Part shown: positions 24,901-39,900 of the stretch, one piece after another
Layout of the letters: every line of letters begins with the position of its first letter
Numbering within the stretch: position 1 is the first letter of the stretch
Source of the DNA: Callorhinchus milii
Taxonomy: Eukaryota
Direction: 5' to 3'
DNA: 64,000 nt
Assembly (NCBI RefSeq): GCF_018977255.1
Contig: NW_024704743.1
Span: 71,364,001-71,428,000 of the forward strand
Notes under the pieces: generated by a model
What the model was told of the DNA's origin: nothing
The model's input: the letters and a program-made list of their open reading frames with translations, nothing else
Database searches by the model: none
Translations under genes and position numbers: made by a program

Positions 24901-27900
24901 CTCCTGTATCATAAGTGGAATGAATATTAATGATATTGTACAATTTTACTGAGGAATTTATTGATGCACAGGTTTGCATTCCGTTAAATCACTTAATTAT
25001 AGTGCTTTAATCCTGTTTTCATCTCTCTTCAGTGTGTGGCTGCAATATTTGAAAATCTTTTAAGCAGCAATTTAGATGATACAAAGCTTCTCAAAGCTTT
25101 GCTCTTGCTGTTGAATACAGAGCCTCTGAAAATCTTCAGCAGCATATCTAAACAGCACTTTAGAAATATATATACTATAAATATATACATACAGTCAGGT
25201 CCACATCATATTCCAAAACTTTATAAATGTAGGTGTAGCACCACATATCGTCAGCTGCACTTCACAGGAAAATGTGGAATAGTTCTTTTTTGAGATGCCA
25301 TTTGGTCACCACCTTACCAACTCAGCCAGGCTCACACCACAGAATACTAAAACATAACCGGAATGTGCCCACCCAAGACTGTAGAACGGCCTAGATAAAT
25401 ACCCAACAAGAAGGCACCCCAAAACAACAAAATTACTAGAATAAAAATTATCAGATGACGAAATCACACAGACTCTTCTGTTCCTGGATGATTTGATGCC
25501 TGACTTAGTTTACAACCCAAAGCTTCATGCCGGGAAAACTGATAACCCCACACTTAATACCTACTCAATGGCTTTTGTTTGTTTTCAGACACGGGCAGGT
25601 ATGGCATTAATCTGACAGTAATATGAGAACTTAAAACACTTTTCAAAGATGAGATTTAAAATTTTTGTTGTCTTTGGTTGGTGAAGATAGGGAAAATATA
25701 ATAAGGAGTTTACGCAGTGGGTGGTGAGAATGTGGAACTTGCTGCCTTGAGCTTGTGGTTGAAGCAAATAGCTTCAATTTATTTCAGAGAAAGCTTGGTG
25801 AATAAATTGAAGGATAAGGGAATAGAGGAGTTTAATATAATAATCCTTGCATTTGATGTAGCGCTTTTCACGTCTTCTAGACATCTCAAAGCGCTTCACA
25901 GAATATACTGTAAAGTGAATTGACTGTATATTTGTGGGTGAAACGCTGTAGCCAATTGCACACAGCAGTGTCCCACAAACAGTTGTGGATTGAAGTGACC
26001 AATTTTTTTTTTACTTGAGGGATTATTATCGGGCGTTGGAGTAAGGAAACTTCCCCAAGGTTTTGCCCTGCCAGGAATCAAATCCAGGCTTGTGAGGCGA
26101 GTGGTAGTGTGGGCCTGGCTGAGTTGGTATAGGTGAGGGGAATAGGAGGGGCGGCATAAACACTGGCCCAGAATACTTAAGTTGAATGGTATGTTTCTGT
26201 GCCTTATCATGCCATGAAAGAAGTTTGGATTCCCTCTAGCCAATGGTAGTTACTATTAAAATGTGATGCATAACCTCAGAGTTATGAATCCTTCACCAGG
26301 CAGTAGTCTGAAAAGGTATTGTAAGCACTGGATTGTACAGTATAGGATCTAAAGAGATATTTCATTCAACTTAATTGGAGGTTCCCTTAGATACCTTTGA
26401 ATTATTAGCTGATATATATTAGACCATTCCACATTTCTAGCTTGTACATTGGGCTAGGGTACACCAGGAAGAAAATAACACAAGATTCCATAGTTGGAGC
26501 TGTGCAGTATAAACTGTTGGAAAACAATCCTTTAGAAATGGGCTTTATCCAAGTAACAAAATTCTAAACATTACCTCCTGAACAATGTAGTCAAGACAAC
26601 TGTTCCTGGTATTATTCAACTTGTTTAAGTACCAGAGTTGACAGAGAGAGGTTGTACTATATTTGCTATACCCACCTGGTTAGGTTTGTTAGCTATTATC
26701 TATTATATTTCAGGGTTACATGAATAAGTATGATCCTGAGGTGCATGCGACCAAGAGTTTGAACTTCTCCTCTGCCACTTTACCAAACATGTTCCAAAGG
26801 AGCATCGAAAGTTATGTCGATAAACGGATGGGTACCACATATGGTCCACCCAATGGCAAGAAAATGACCGTGTTTATTGATGACATTAATATGCCTGTGA
26901 TCAATGAATGGGGTGATCAGGTGAGTCTTCACCTCAGTCACTGTGGTAATTCATTAATTTGTGTTTTTGCATTAAAATCCCTCGATTTCTGTTTTTTTAA
27001 TTACTACAACAACAACAATTTGCACTTATATAGTGCCCTCCACACAGGGTATCGTCTCAGAGTGCTTAACAGTGTTGGAGCCTGACTCCTGCTGCCAAAG
27101 ACTGGTTCTTTAATGATGCTAAGAAAAACAAATGCCAGCATTTTGTTGGTTATTTCCATCCCCACTTGAAAGCGATGTGGAGCAAGCATTATAAACCTGG
27201 GGTTGATCTTGGCTTCTCTGCCCCAAAGAGTATAAATGCAGCAGACTTTCAGGGTAGATTTCCTAACATTTGTTTGACCTTTTTGAAATATTTCTAGTTT
27301 CCTTCCCAATCTATTATTTCTGTTGTTTGCCTGAAATGAAGGATTATGTAACATTAAAACCCGCCTCTTTTTTAATATAAGGCTGCTTCCAAATTATCCA
27401 AATACCAGCTGCTAAATTTGTTTTCTTAATATTTTCCCCATCATTTCTAAGGACAGTGTATTTTGCAGTGGTACAATTCCATAGAAAGAGAAGCCCTCAA
27501 ATTCCTGAGCAGCCACTATTGACATCAGCATCGAGAGTGAGTGTTGTCACTCTCGATGCTCATAAATTCTACAGGACACACTGGGGTTCCTGAAATTGCA
27601 AAGTTCTTTAGTTTTAGGAATGCACATAGCAGAAGATGCCATTTTTTAACAGTTGAGTACCGTTTTAAGAAATGTCTATTCAGTTTGGAGACAGGAGGAG
27701 ATCTCAGAATATCCTTTAACGTAACATTCTGTCCATCGAACAGATCACCAATGAGATTGTCCGACAGCTGATGGAACAGAAAGGTTTCTACAATCTAGAA
27801 AAACCTGGAGAGTTCACCAACATTGTTGACATCCAGTTTGTAGCTGCTATGATTCATCCTGGAGGTGGCAGAAATGACATCCCTCAACGTCTCAAGCGAC

Positions 27901-30900
27901 AATTTACTGTCTACAACTGCACGCTGCCTTCAAACGCGTCCATTGACAAAATCTTTAGAACTGTTGCAAGTGGCTATTTCTGTGCACAGCGCGGTTTCCC
28001 AGAAGACATTTGCAAACTAGCCTCGGCATTAGTATCAACCACTCGCAAACTGTGGCAAGCAACCAAGATTAAGGTATGGTGAATCCCAACATGTTGCACC
28101 CCAGTATTATGTAGCAGTTTAAGGAGTGTCTATTTGAGGTGCAGTTTTTGTTTTTCATGGTGCCTAACCAATGATTTAGTGGGCAAATTACACACAATAC
28201 AATCCACTATAGCCCAGTACAGAAAAAAAAAGTCACTGCACTTTTCTATACAGTGAAGCACTTTGGGATGTTCCTCTAACCTGAAAACCGCTATACTAAA
28301 TGCAAGGATTATTATTATATAGATTATAGATCGGAGCAAACATATAAAAGAGACATTAGTGGAGACCAAAGATTATTGAGAAATATTAAGTGGACAAGTA
28401 TTTCTATTTATAACACTAGGCTTATGGTCACCACATTACACTTCTTGTTTAGCCTGGTGCTGTACACAAACTCTTGTTTGTGCCTTCATCATCTCCAGGC
28501 TCGACTATGCAAACACCCTGCTTGTCGGCCTTCCCAACTCCTCCCTCCACAGGCTGTGGATAATCCAGAACTCTGCAGCCCGTGTCCTCTCCCGCACCAA
28601 ACTCCATGACCCCATCTCCCCCATTCTCGCCCGACTCCATTGGCTCCCTATCCTTCAGAGGATCCAGTTCAAAATCCTGGTCCTCACCTACAAAACTCAC
28701 AATGGTTTCACCCCACCCTACCTCTGCGACCGCCTAACCCCCTACCAAACCGCCCGCTCCCTCCGCTCAGCTGGCTCCGGCCTGCTCCAGGTCCCCCAAC
28801 CCACCCACCCCACCATTGGCGGGAGAGTCTTCAGCCACTCTGCCCCCAACCTCTGGAACTCCATCCCCCAATCACTCTGCCTCAACCCCTCCTTAGCCTC
28901 CTTCAAGTCCCACCTCAAAACCCTCCTCTTCGACCATGCCATTGGTTACCCCCTTCCCCTCCCCTCCCTTCTCCCCCCCCGACCCCAGCTCAGGTCTGAA
29001 ATGCTGTACACTGTCCAGCGCCTTGGGATGTCCTCCTGACTTGAAAAGTGCTATACAAATGTAATCTTGTTGTTGTTGAAAAGTGGCAGCCAATTGCGCA
29101 TAGCAGTGTCCCATAAACAGTTGTGGGACACTGCTGTTATTTATTATTTATTTATTTATTTATTTGAAAGAATTATTACCCCAAGAAAAGCTATCTGCCA
29201 ATCGACTAACAACTGGGTTCCTACTTACTGCTAGGTAAACAGAGGCATGTGTAGTAAGGAAACTTGCCCAACCTTTCGCCCTGCCGAGAATCAAACCCAG
29301 GTCCTCTCACTTGCGAGGCGAGTGCTCTAACCACTAAGTTACAGGACTCCATGCCTTTTACATTGGGAGAATGTGCTTCCCAGGATATATTGTAGAGTGG
29401 AGTGACTGTGTGTTTTGTGGGTGAAGTATACAGTGAATTAGGACAGAATGGGGCAAAAAATGATGGAAAGGAAGAGAGGATTGAATGAAAGATGCCAGGA
29501 AGGAGTAGATTATGGAGTGAAATTTGTTGTTGTTGAAAGATAAAAGGAAGGAGGGACAGGAAGATCGAAATAGTGAAGGATAAAAGAAAACAAGCTGATA
29601 CTGTATGCATAAGATTATGTTTTGTGGGTTATCAAGACTTCATTCAGAAAAGAACATCAACACTCATAATGCTTATTGTGAATCCTCTGGTTTATCCTGT
29701 TTGTTTTTAATTTTGTTACACAGATGTTGCCCACTCCAGCCAAATTTCATTACATCTTTAATCTCCGGGACTTAAGTCGTATCTGGCAGGGAATTCTGAC
29801 TGTTACCTCTGAAGTCTGCAAGTCCACGGATGTTCTTGTGTCACTTTTTCAGCATGAGTGCACTCGTGTCATTGCAGATAGATTTACCAACCAACAAGAC
29901 AAAGACTGGTTTGCATGTACAATGAACAAGGTTAGGCAGCGTTCTGTTTTCCTATCTGATTCAACAGCAAAATGATAGATAACAAAAACACACACTGCAA
30001 ACCTGCTTTACAATATTATCTTTGGAATTCACAAAGGAATTGTGTTATTTGTTAAATCATGAGCCATACATTGTGTGCATTATATTTCAGAATTTTAAAA
30101 TGTATAATCTAATTTTCTGTGGGAGAGGGGTTCCATTCAAACACAAATATGCCTTTTGTCATTGTAATTTTGTATAAGCACAAAACTGACATTGTGTTCT
30201 TCCGCACATCCCAAATGAACTGAACAAGAATTTCTGTTGTGCATGAATATTTCATACTCTAGTGAACATTGATGCATGGACCATATTGACCAGTTTTAGG
30301 AAAATACTGCATTTTCCATTTGTTGTACAAAACCAACATAATGACCATATTTAATATCTTGTGTGAGCCAGAACAGCCATGATAATGCAATGTTCAATGT
30401 TCCTGTACTGATACCTGATTCCTCTTTACCACCAGCACCACTAACTTATCATTTCTATGTAGATATCCACTGATGACCATGGAGAGGTCATTTTGGCAAA
30501 TATTCAACAAGAAAGTTTTTTTGTTGACTTCCTACGTGATGCTCCAGAGGCCACTGGAGACGAACCAGAAGATATGGAATTGGAAAATCCTAAAGTCTAT
30601 GAGCCAATTCCGTCATTTGAACAGTTGTCCGAACGACTTCAACTATACATGCAGCAATACAATGAAACTATCAGAGGTGCAATAATGGATTTGGTGTTCT
30701 TCAAGGTAATAGTATTGCGTTATCTGGGTTAGGTAAACTTGGCTGAAATTGCTAAAACCAAGAAAGTTAAAGGTTGATGTGATCGAGATGTTTAAAACAA
30801 TAAAGGAAATAGAGAAGATAGATGGGGAATGTTTCTTCCCTTGAGAGGATTCAATAATATGGGTATATAGGTTGAGAAAGCATTTGAACAATATTCCTGG

Positions 30901-33900
30901 TGTTGCATGTGGGAAAAAGGTATTCACAATGAAATTCAATTTTCTCCCTGTACATCATGTCAACTCACAAGATTTGACTTTGACCCAAGATTGCTTCAGA
31001 GCTGAATTCTTGCAAGTTAGCATGATATACAGAGAAGATATATTACATTGGGAGGTCCTATTTCCAATATTTGCAGCAGAAACACTGAGGTTTTGAGTTT
31101 GACTGTTTCTTCACATGGAGACTAACACTGGTTGGGGGGTTTATTTACTCCCTGGTACCACACTAGCTGCCTTATAAATGTCTTGTGCAAACATAATCAG
31201 AATGAAAGTTCCAGTTGTGCAAGGCAGATTTTTATCACCATACAAAGGCTCTGTACAAATATCATGTTCTTTGTAAAATCTGTAAATTTAGAGGCATGAA
31301 TCGAGATTGTAATATTATTTCCACATTGTATTCTGAGTGTCATTTATTAGTGTTTGTGTAATAATTGCTTCATCATTGGTGGCATCCTTGGGATATTAGA
31401 CTATCTTTGCTTTTTCATACTATATACACATATAATCTACATACTCTAACGTGCAAGTGTAACTGTTTTGCACCTAATAGGATGCAATGATACATTTGGT
31501 GAAGATATCTCGGATTATTCGGACTCCACAAGGAAATGCTTTGTTGGTAGGAGTTGGTGGATCTGGAAAGCAGAGTCTCACTCGGCTGGCTTCTTTTATT
31601 GCTGGATATCAAAGTTTTCAGATAATACTAACAAGGTAAAAACAGTTCATTGTTTATCTGATTTAATCTACATTGTATCATTAGATTTGTTTTGCTTCCT
31701 TGGTGCAGAATAGTGTACAGAGAGAGTTTCCAATTCCTTTGGTTTATTTGTGCTGTCTCACAATGGATGTAAAATAAATGAACTGGCTTCATTGGTGTTA
31801 CATGCATATTCACAAGATCGCAAAGCATGTTTGGGTAAGAATGCCCTTTGGTCCATTTGAGCTTATTCTTCCAGAATACTCATTTTACCATCCTCCCCTC
31901 ACAACATCAAGCTGTTTTTTTAAATGAGTCCTGGTCTCAACCACCCTTTTTTATGACCTGTTCCAGTCGTTAATTACCCTCTAGGTAAAACAAATACTCT
32001 TGGGACAAAAAAGAACTCCTAAATAACTAAATTAGCATATTTCTTATGTACAGAGATGAAATGTACTACATTTAATCTGTAAGAAGAGTATCATTAGACT
32101 GATGGTTTACAGAAAACAAGCTACTTTTAGCAATGGCCACATATTGCCCAAGGATGTAATGGTATCATACAAGTTTACATTTACATAACAATAATAATCC
32201 TCGCATTTGATACAGCGCCTTTCACGTTGGGAGGACGTCCCAAAGCGCTTAACAGTACTAGCTTGGCACTCGGGAAGAGGGGTCCAGGGGAAACAAGGAG
32301 GATGTGGCACTCGGGAAGAGGGGTCCAGGGGAAACAAGGGGGAACAAGATGCCCTGAAGCACAATGAGGTAAATCTGGAGATGGATCTTGAATGAGGTGA
32401 GGGAGGGAACTCTGCGATAAAGTCCAGCACATTTGAGCATTGGAATATTGGCCTCAACTGTTATAAATCACCATTCCCCCTGCACGTTTCTTCACTGTTT
32501 TATTCTTTTACAGTTGTAAAGCTTTATATACAATACATTGGATAGATGTAGGACAAACATGTCTAGATTTTGATATGTGGATGGAATCTAAATGGTTGAA
32601 AATACCGTTTTGTTTTAGAACTTACAATGCGAGCAACTTGATGGATGACCTGAAGATTCTGTATCGCACTGCTGGGCAGAAGGCGCTGGGTGTTACATTT
32701 ATATTTACAGACAACGAAATAAGAGAAGAGTCCTTCCTGGAATATATGAACAATGTTTTAGCCTCGGGCGAGGTCTCAAACCTCTTTGCTCGAGATGAAA
32801 TTGATGAAATTACGCAAGATTTAATCCCAGCAATGAAGAAGGAATACCCTAGGCGACCGCCAACTGGTGAAAACCTCTACAATTACTTCCTTTCACGTGT
32901 GAATAGCAACCTGCATGTGGTGCTGTGCTTTTCTCCTGTAGGAGAGAAGTTCCGCACTCGTGCCCTCAAATTTCCAGGCCTGATCTCTGGTTGTACTATG
33001 GACTGGTTTCAGCGCTGGCCGAAAGATGCTCTTGTTGCTGTAGCCCAGCATTTCTTGGCTTCGTACAGAATTGAGTGCACAGCAGACGTTAAGCAGAGTG
33101 TTGTGAACACTATGGGAACATTTCAGGACACCGTGGCTGAGAAATGCATTGAATACTTTGAACGATTCAGGCGTCAGATGTATGTGACTCCCAAGTCTTA
33201 CTTATCGTTTATTGGTGGCTTTAAAGCAATCTATAGGGAGAAATTTACTCACGTGGAAATGTTGTCCAACAGAATGAAGACAGGTAAATTTTGTTTCAGT
33301 TTTATAATTCTGATGGCATTAACATCCAGTAATTGTTTAAAATAATTCACACTGGTAATCTGCGATGTGTGGTGAGCTTACATCTTTTTATGGATTCAGA
33401 AATGTGATGTAGAGATCTTCAGCTCATCTAATTATACTGCAAATAATTAAAATTGTACTGTTTCTGACACATTGAGAAAAACATCTATTTAGATGCAATG
33501 CTTTGTTGTGGCAGTGTTGGTATGTGCCAGCTAATTTAATAGTGAATACCTATCTTCGTGCAATTAGGTGGTGCCATCCATCAGATTCTGAGATGGCATT
33601 TGTGTAGTTTAATAATGCATTGCAAACATCATATATTTAGACCCGTTAACCAATTAGTTATCCCCTGACTTCTGCGAGTGGATGCTAAAAAGCACCACTA
33701 TTGATTATCCTGAATTCTAGCCAACTTTACAATAATAACACAACACAATTTCACATCAGGACAGTATCTCAAAGCACTTTACACAGCTGAGGGGGCGGGT
33801 AGAGGGTGGGGTAATGAGTTCAAGAGATGGGGAAAGAGGTAAGCTTCAAGGCAGGATTTGAAAAAGAATCAGAGGGGGTGAGTCAGAGAGATATGGCTTT

Positions 33901-36900
33901 ATTTCCTTCGATTTCAGATCCTGGAGGCAGTATCTGATTGCAGCTTCACGGGATACAAACCAATATACTTCCCATCTCAATTTTCTATATGATGTCTTTG
34001 ATGTAGAGTAAGGGCACGAAAACAAAGTGTGACAAAAGTAAATTCTACCTCCAGGGGGCTGAGGAAAGCTCATGTTGTATTTTGGCAATGCTTATAACAT
34101 GCCCCAGCCTACTTTCATTATGTGAACCCAAGCAGACCAACAAATATTTGGAGAACTGTCAAACCAAGGAAGATCTCAAACTGTATTTACTCAAAACACC
34201 CCTTTGTCTAATTGTATTTGACCAGCGTACAGCAGGAGATTAAAAACAAACGCACAAATTGATATTGTCTTCGTGTAACAGCATTTTGGATTTACTTCTC
34301 TGGATCCCTGCCGGGTCCACTAATTACTCTAAAAAATTGTAGACAACTAGTTCTTCTCAATTCACTCTAGTACAGGCATAAACTCCCAGCCACAACTATT
34401 TCTTTTAGCCAATATTACAAAGGGGATTTAAGTTAATGTTTGGTTTTACCAGCACCATGTGCAATTGTGATTCCACCTTCGCAAGGCCTTCGCAATCACT
34501 CTGTCTGGTCCCCTCCTTAGCCTCCTTCAAGTCCCGCCTCAAAATCCTCCTCTTCGACCATGCCATCGGCCACCCCCCCTTCCCATCCCCTCCCTTCTCC
34601 CCCCTGACCCCAACTCGGGTCTGAAGTGCTGTACAATGTCCAGAGCCTTGGGACGTCCTCCCGACGTGAAAAGCACTATACAAATGTAAGATTGTTGTTG
34701 TTATAGACATAACAAAACTTCTAGATATTTCTGGTATTCGGTTATGGTTCTTGTTGACATTTGATGGAAAGATGTCTCAACATACATCTAATGGCAAGTT
34801 TTAAAAAAAAAGTGAATGTTATTACTGACCACTAGTGGCTCAATGGTGAGTCAACCTTGGTAACCCTTAGAATTCCATTGGTATAATAATAATAAATAAT
34901 AATCATAACAATAATGTTCTTTGCATATCAAATGTAACAATGTGATAAGGCAGTATTTCACAGGATTTACTATAGAGTGTAGTGACTGGATGCTTTGTAG
35001 GGGAGCGGACAACCAATTAACCCACAGCAGTGATCCACAAAAAAACCATGAAGTGAATGACCAATTGTTAGCCAGTGCATGGCTACACATCAGGACATGA
35101 TCCTCTTTGGTAGCTGTTGATATTCACACATTCCTCCCTCTTACTTCTCACTTTGAGATTCAGTTTCCTGGTTGGATCAATTATGTTGCTCCGTCAACCA
35201 GTAATCATTTACCTGGCAAATTTTCATGGAGTCCTGTAGTTCAGTGGTTAGGGTACTCTCCTTGCAAGCGAGACATTTGTGTTCAATTCCACGCAGGACG
35301 AAACCTTGGGCAAGTTAATTTACTCCACACGCCTAATAATAATCCCTCCAAAACAAAACAATAATAAATTGGTCATTTTCAATCCACAATTGTTTGTGGG
35401 ACACTGGTGTGCACAATTGGCTGCCGCATTTCGCCCACAAATATACAGTCAATTCACTTTACAGCATATTCTGTGAAGCGCTTTGAGACATCTAGAAGAT
35501 GTGAAAAGCCCTATATCAAATGCAAGGATTATCATTATTATTACCTGTTCACTGGCTACAAAACTAACTGGGTGATTTTAAAAAAAGAACTTCCCAATTG
35601 CCCAAATAAATGAACGAGAGGTAAAAGAAAGACAATCATCCGATTTAAAGTTAGGAGTGGGCTTAAAACAAAGGTTGGATTAGACAGTAAATAGTAGAAT
35701 TGAAAGAAAAAGACTTTTAAAAATTGGAAAAGAGAAAATATCAGGAGATAAGTGACAACTGAACAAGCACTGGTGAACTGTATATAAAGTTTTTTACTTT
35801 TCATTAAAGTAGCATGCCCTGCTTAAATGGAAGTTGTTTTGTTGTAATAAAGCCTTGGTATAAGCAACTGGCTCAAAGAGAGTAGGAGTTCCTGTACACA
35901 TGTCGAAGGTTAAGGCACAGCAGCCATCCAGTCTGCTTGTGGCCATGTCAATATTACATTGCTAACAAACCTGACAGCCAAGCTGACACCTAATGCCTAA
36001 CACATCTACGTATTTTGTGAAAACGGTGTGTTTTTGTATTCATCAGTATTAATTTGTATTTTTTTCAAGCATTGTCTTTTCTGCGCAGGTCTATCAAAGC
36101 TGATGGAAGCTGAAGTGTCTGTAAACCAGCTGTCCAAGGAGCTTGTGGTCAAGGAACAGGTCTTGGCTGTTGCTTCCGAAAAGGCTGATGGAGTTCTGCA
36201 GGAAGTAACAATAAAAGCGCAGGCGGCTGAAAAAGTTAAAATGCAGGTGCAAAAGGTGAAGGACAAAGCTCAGGCCATCGTGGAAGAAATTGAAGCTGAC
36301 AAAACAGTAGCAGAAACAAAACTGGAGGCAGCAAAACCTGCTTTAGAAGAGGCAGAAGCAGCTTTACAGGTTGGCAACCCAACAGTCCTGTAGAACCACA
36401 TTTCAATCCAAAGAGTTGGTGAAATACCCATAATATTGCTAATTTTTGACCAAAAGGTTATGAATTTAAATTGCTGCTTAACACATGTGGTGTCACTATG
36501 ATGTTTTTATGATCCACTTTCTTTCTCAATTCCCATATCTCAATGAGCAGAATGCTTTGATGCCATTAATCCTGTTGAGTCTTTTTTTTTTGCCTGTGGA
36601 ACAATCCCACGCTGGTTCTCCTATCCCTGTTTTTTATTTACTTGTCATGAAGGGTCAAGGTCATATGATCATTCTTGGGTGTCCATCTCAGTTGTGAAAT
36701 ATTTATACCACTCCTTTTGGAAGGACGTTGCATGGGAGACCATATTTTGCTCCCTTTGAGAGCATGTTCTACAAATGTACTGCTCTGTGGAGGGGAAAAA
36801 AGTAATCCTTTTCTGTTCTAGGATCTGATTTAAGGCTTACCTGATTTTACAGTGAAAAGCTTTCTGATGATTTGCCAGTCTTCTCTTTTCCATGGTCTTG

Positions 36901-39900
36901 AAGATAGGGAAATGGTCCTTCAATTAGTTCAGATTTTATAAACCACATGAAATAATCAAATATTTATATATCCACTATTTCCACATCATTGCCAATATTT
37001 TCTCCAAACCGGATTGTTTTGGTCACACACCAATTGCACCTTTGCATTCTTATACTGGGCAACAAAGAGATCTACTCATTGTCATGTGAACGGTAACTGC
37101 CCTGTCAGATCTTTGCCAACATACAAAATAGCCGAGAAACTTTACAAACTTAAAATTAATATAGTTAATGTTGTAGCAGTTGTATTTCTGCTGCAGCCTC
37201 TGTGGAGCTCTGGCAGATCTAATGCTGTTTGTCAAAACTTGGATCGTACTCTGATGTGATGTATTAAAGCGGTCGAATAATAAGAGTCAAGGGAAAAGAA
37301 TAATTTTGCATTGAATATTTTTTTCAAGCTCAGACTGAATTCTATTCTATGATTGCAAAGGTTCCACTGCAGACAAAGTATTTAATGTCCAATGCTTTCT
37401 AAAATAGTAATCTCACCCCCTTAAAACCTTATAATGGCAATCAAAATACTTTTGACCCCACAGTATTGCACTTTCCTAATAAAAAACTAAAGGTCTGACT
37501 AAGTAGGCTCTCACTTTGTGGAAATACAGTAGAAGTCTTTCATAATGTACTTTGCTGTTATGTGAGTTCTTGCTTCTAGTGTAATTCGGGATAGAGGGAA
37601 AATACACAAATTAATAATCAAGTTATATTTTATAAAATACGATGAACTTCTCTAAACTATTCAGAATAATTCACCCCCTTTCCATGTGACGGTGATATTC
37701 ACAGAGTTCTCAGTCCGGTTTGGATGCTCTTAAGTATGGTGATGGGTTTCAGCACGTGTCAGACATCCGTCTGACCACCAATATCAGAATTTTTTCATTG
37801 TTTCAGTTGGCTACAATGCAGAATGCTCCCTGCAGCACAGCCTCAAAGAGATTCTTTATGGTGTTGGGTGATGTTCTAGTCTTTCATTTTCTCAGTGCAC
37901 TAACTCTGTTTTCCTAGGTTGAAAATGTAATTATTATTGCAAAATATTTGCCCACTGCTTTGTATCAGAGTGAGATCATCAAAGCTCATTTTAACTGACC
38001 TTTGGTAGTCACGCCTGAGAGGAAACCTTCATCTCTTTTCACAGAGATAACTTCAAAGCTGGATCTCCAGAGCTGAATACAATGTTTTCAATTTCTCAAA
38101 TACACAGCCTGTTGCATCCACTGAAACCTCTTGTATTGAAATCTTGTTTGCCAAGACAAAGTAACACTGCATTAGGATTTTCATGGGTGGAAGCCGATAG
38201 AGCATTACTGATTAAGTTTGAAACTGAAAAAAATATATAAATTAAAATTCTACAACAGTCTATGTCCTGGTCTTGTAACATTCACTAAACACTTAGTGCA
38301 ACCTCCAACCAGTGTTAGGACTGAAACTCACCTGATTCCCTTGATTTGGTTATGATATAAAATAGACTAGCTACATGCATCCTGAAGTTAATTGGTTTTA
38401 TGAAACTGTTTCCTGGAGCTGAAAATAAGATTTAAAATAATTAATTAAGAAATTGAGTTAATTCAGAGAGAAAGAATAAGTGTTGTTTGACTGGAGGTGC
38501 TAATTATTATTGACCTATGAGGAACAATTACAGTATTCTTTATGGGGCAAACCATGAAAGATTAGCACTCTGAAATTTTATATATATATGTATGTATATA
38601 TCAATGTATTTATGCAGTATAACAGGAATGTTATCTGTTACATGGCAATTCAATCAGTAGGTTATTTCAAGTTCTGTTGAACTGCAATGCAATTGTAATC
38701 ATTTCACTTAAACGCGAAAGAATCTATCACGACTTCCTGTGATATTCTGTGAGTAAGGAGGATTCAAATTGACTAGAAATTATGTTTAAAAAGTACTATT
38801 GATACAGTGGTTTACTCATGTTATTGTATCTCCAGTTGCTGTGTATCAGAGCTGCTGTGGTGACTCAGTAGGTTCACTCAAAGCAAAGCCAATTTTAAAG
38901 ACACAATAAAAAGAAATTCTCCCCTTTGCACTATAATGGAGATGCTGTACATTTATCCAGGTGTTACTGAGGAGTAACGACTTGGTAAAACCTCTGCATG
39001 GAACTCTTAGAAAGATGTGATATTCTGAAGATACAACATGATAGATTTAAACATACTCTTATTCACTTTGTTTATTGAACTCAAGCTACATTCTGTTCAC
39101 TCAACTGTTGCTGCCTTAATCATTTTCTTTCCTCAGAAAGTTCAAATAACTATTTTTTTCTCTGCCAAGAAGATTAATAATCTTTGCATCATTTTAAAAT
39201 GATCCTTGTATGAATAATTTCAAAGAATAACAAGATAAGATCCTCAAGTTATGTGTGGCCATAGTCTATTTTGGAACACGGAGAGAATTATTAACCATTG
39301 CTATGGTTGTTTTTAATTGCTAAAGTTAATATATTTTGCAATGCTTGTTTTTTATCCATCAACTGTCAACTTTTAATTTTCCAGTATGTGTGGAGTACTT
39401 TGATTTGAGACGATTAATTATTAAAAAATAATGTGGAGCTGTTATTCAAAAAAATTTTGGTCACTCAATCCACGTTTCTGGGACACTGCTTGGCACAGTT
39501 GGCTGCCACATTTCTCCTACAAAATATGCAGTCAATTCATTATATGTTCATAGTATATTCTGTGAAGTGCTTTGAGGAGCCTCAAAGATGTGATAAGACG
39601 CTATATCAAATGCAAGGATTATTAATAGTATTATTAAGGGAGGGTAGGTAAAGACACCAGAGAACATTTTACAGACACGGAAGTAAGGGGTTCACAATCT
39701 GTGAGGAGTTAACTGATCTCACCTGGAGTAGCAGTTAAGGCATTACAGATACTCTCAACACCACTCGATTTGAGTGGGGGAAAAAAAATCAACCACTGTT
39801 ACCACTTCCATAAGATTCAGATAACCCTGCTGGTAAGTGATGGGTTTGCTATACTAACTGCATTCAGTTTACACTCACATTTTCAGCATCACCAAGTATT

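Noticed and set aside
32264..32339. CRISPR-like repeat
   Set aside because: Two-copy tandem duplication in eukaryotic DNA; no spacers or cas genes
38637..38650. RFX X-box-like site gttacatggcaat (also 45724)
   Set aside because: Imperfect; such matches are expected by chance in 64 kb
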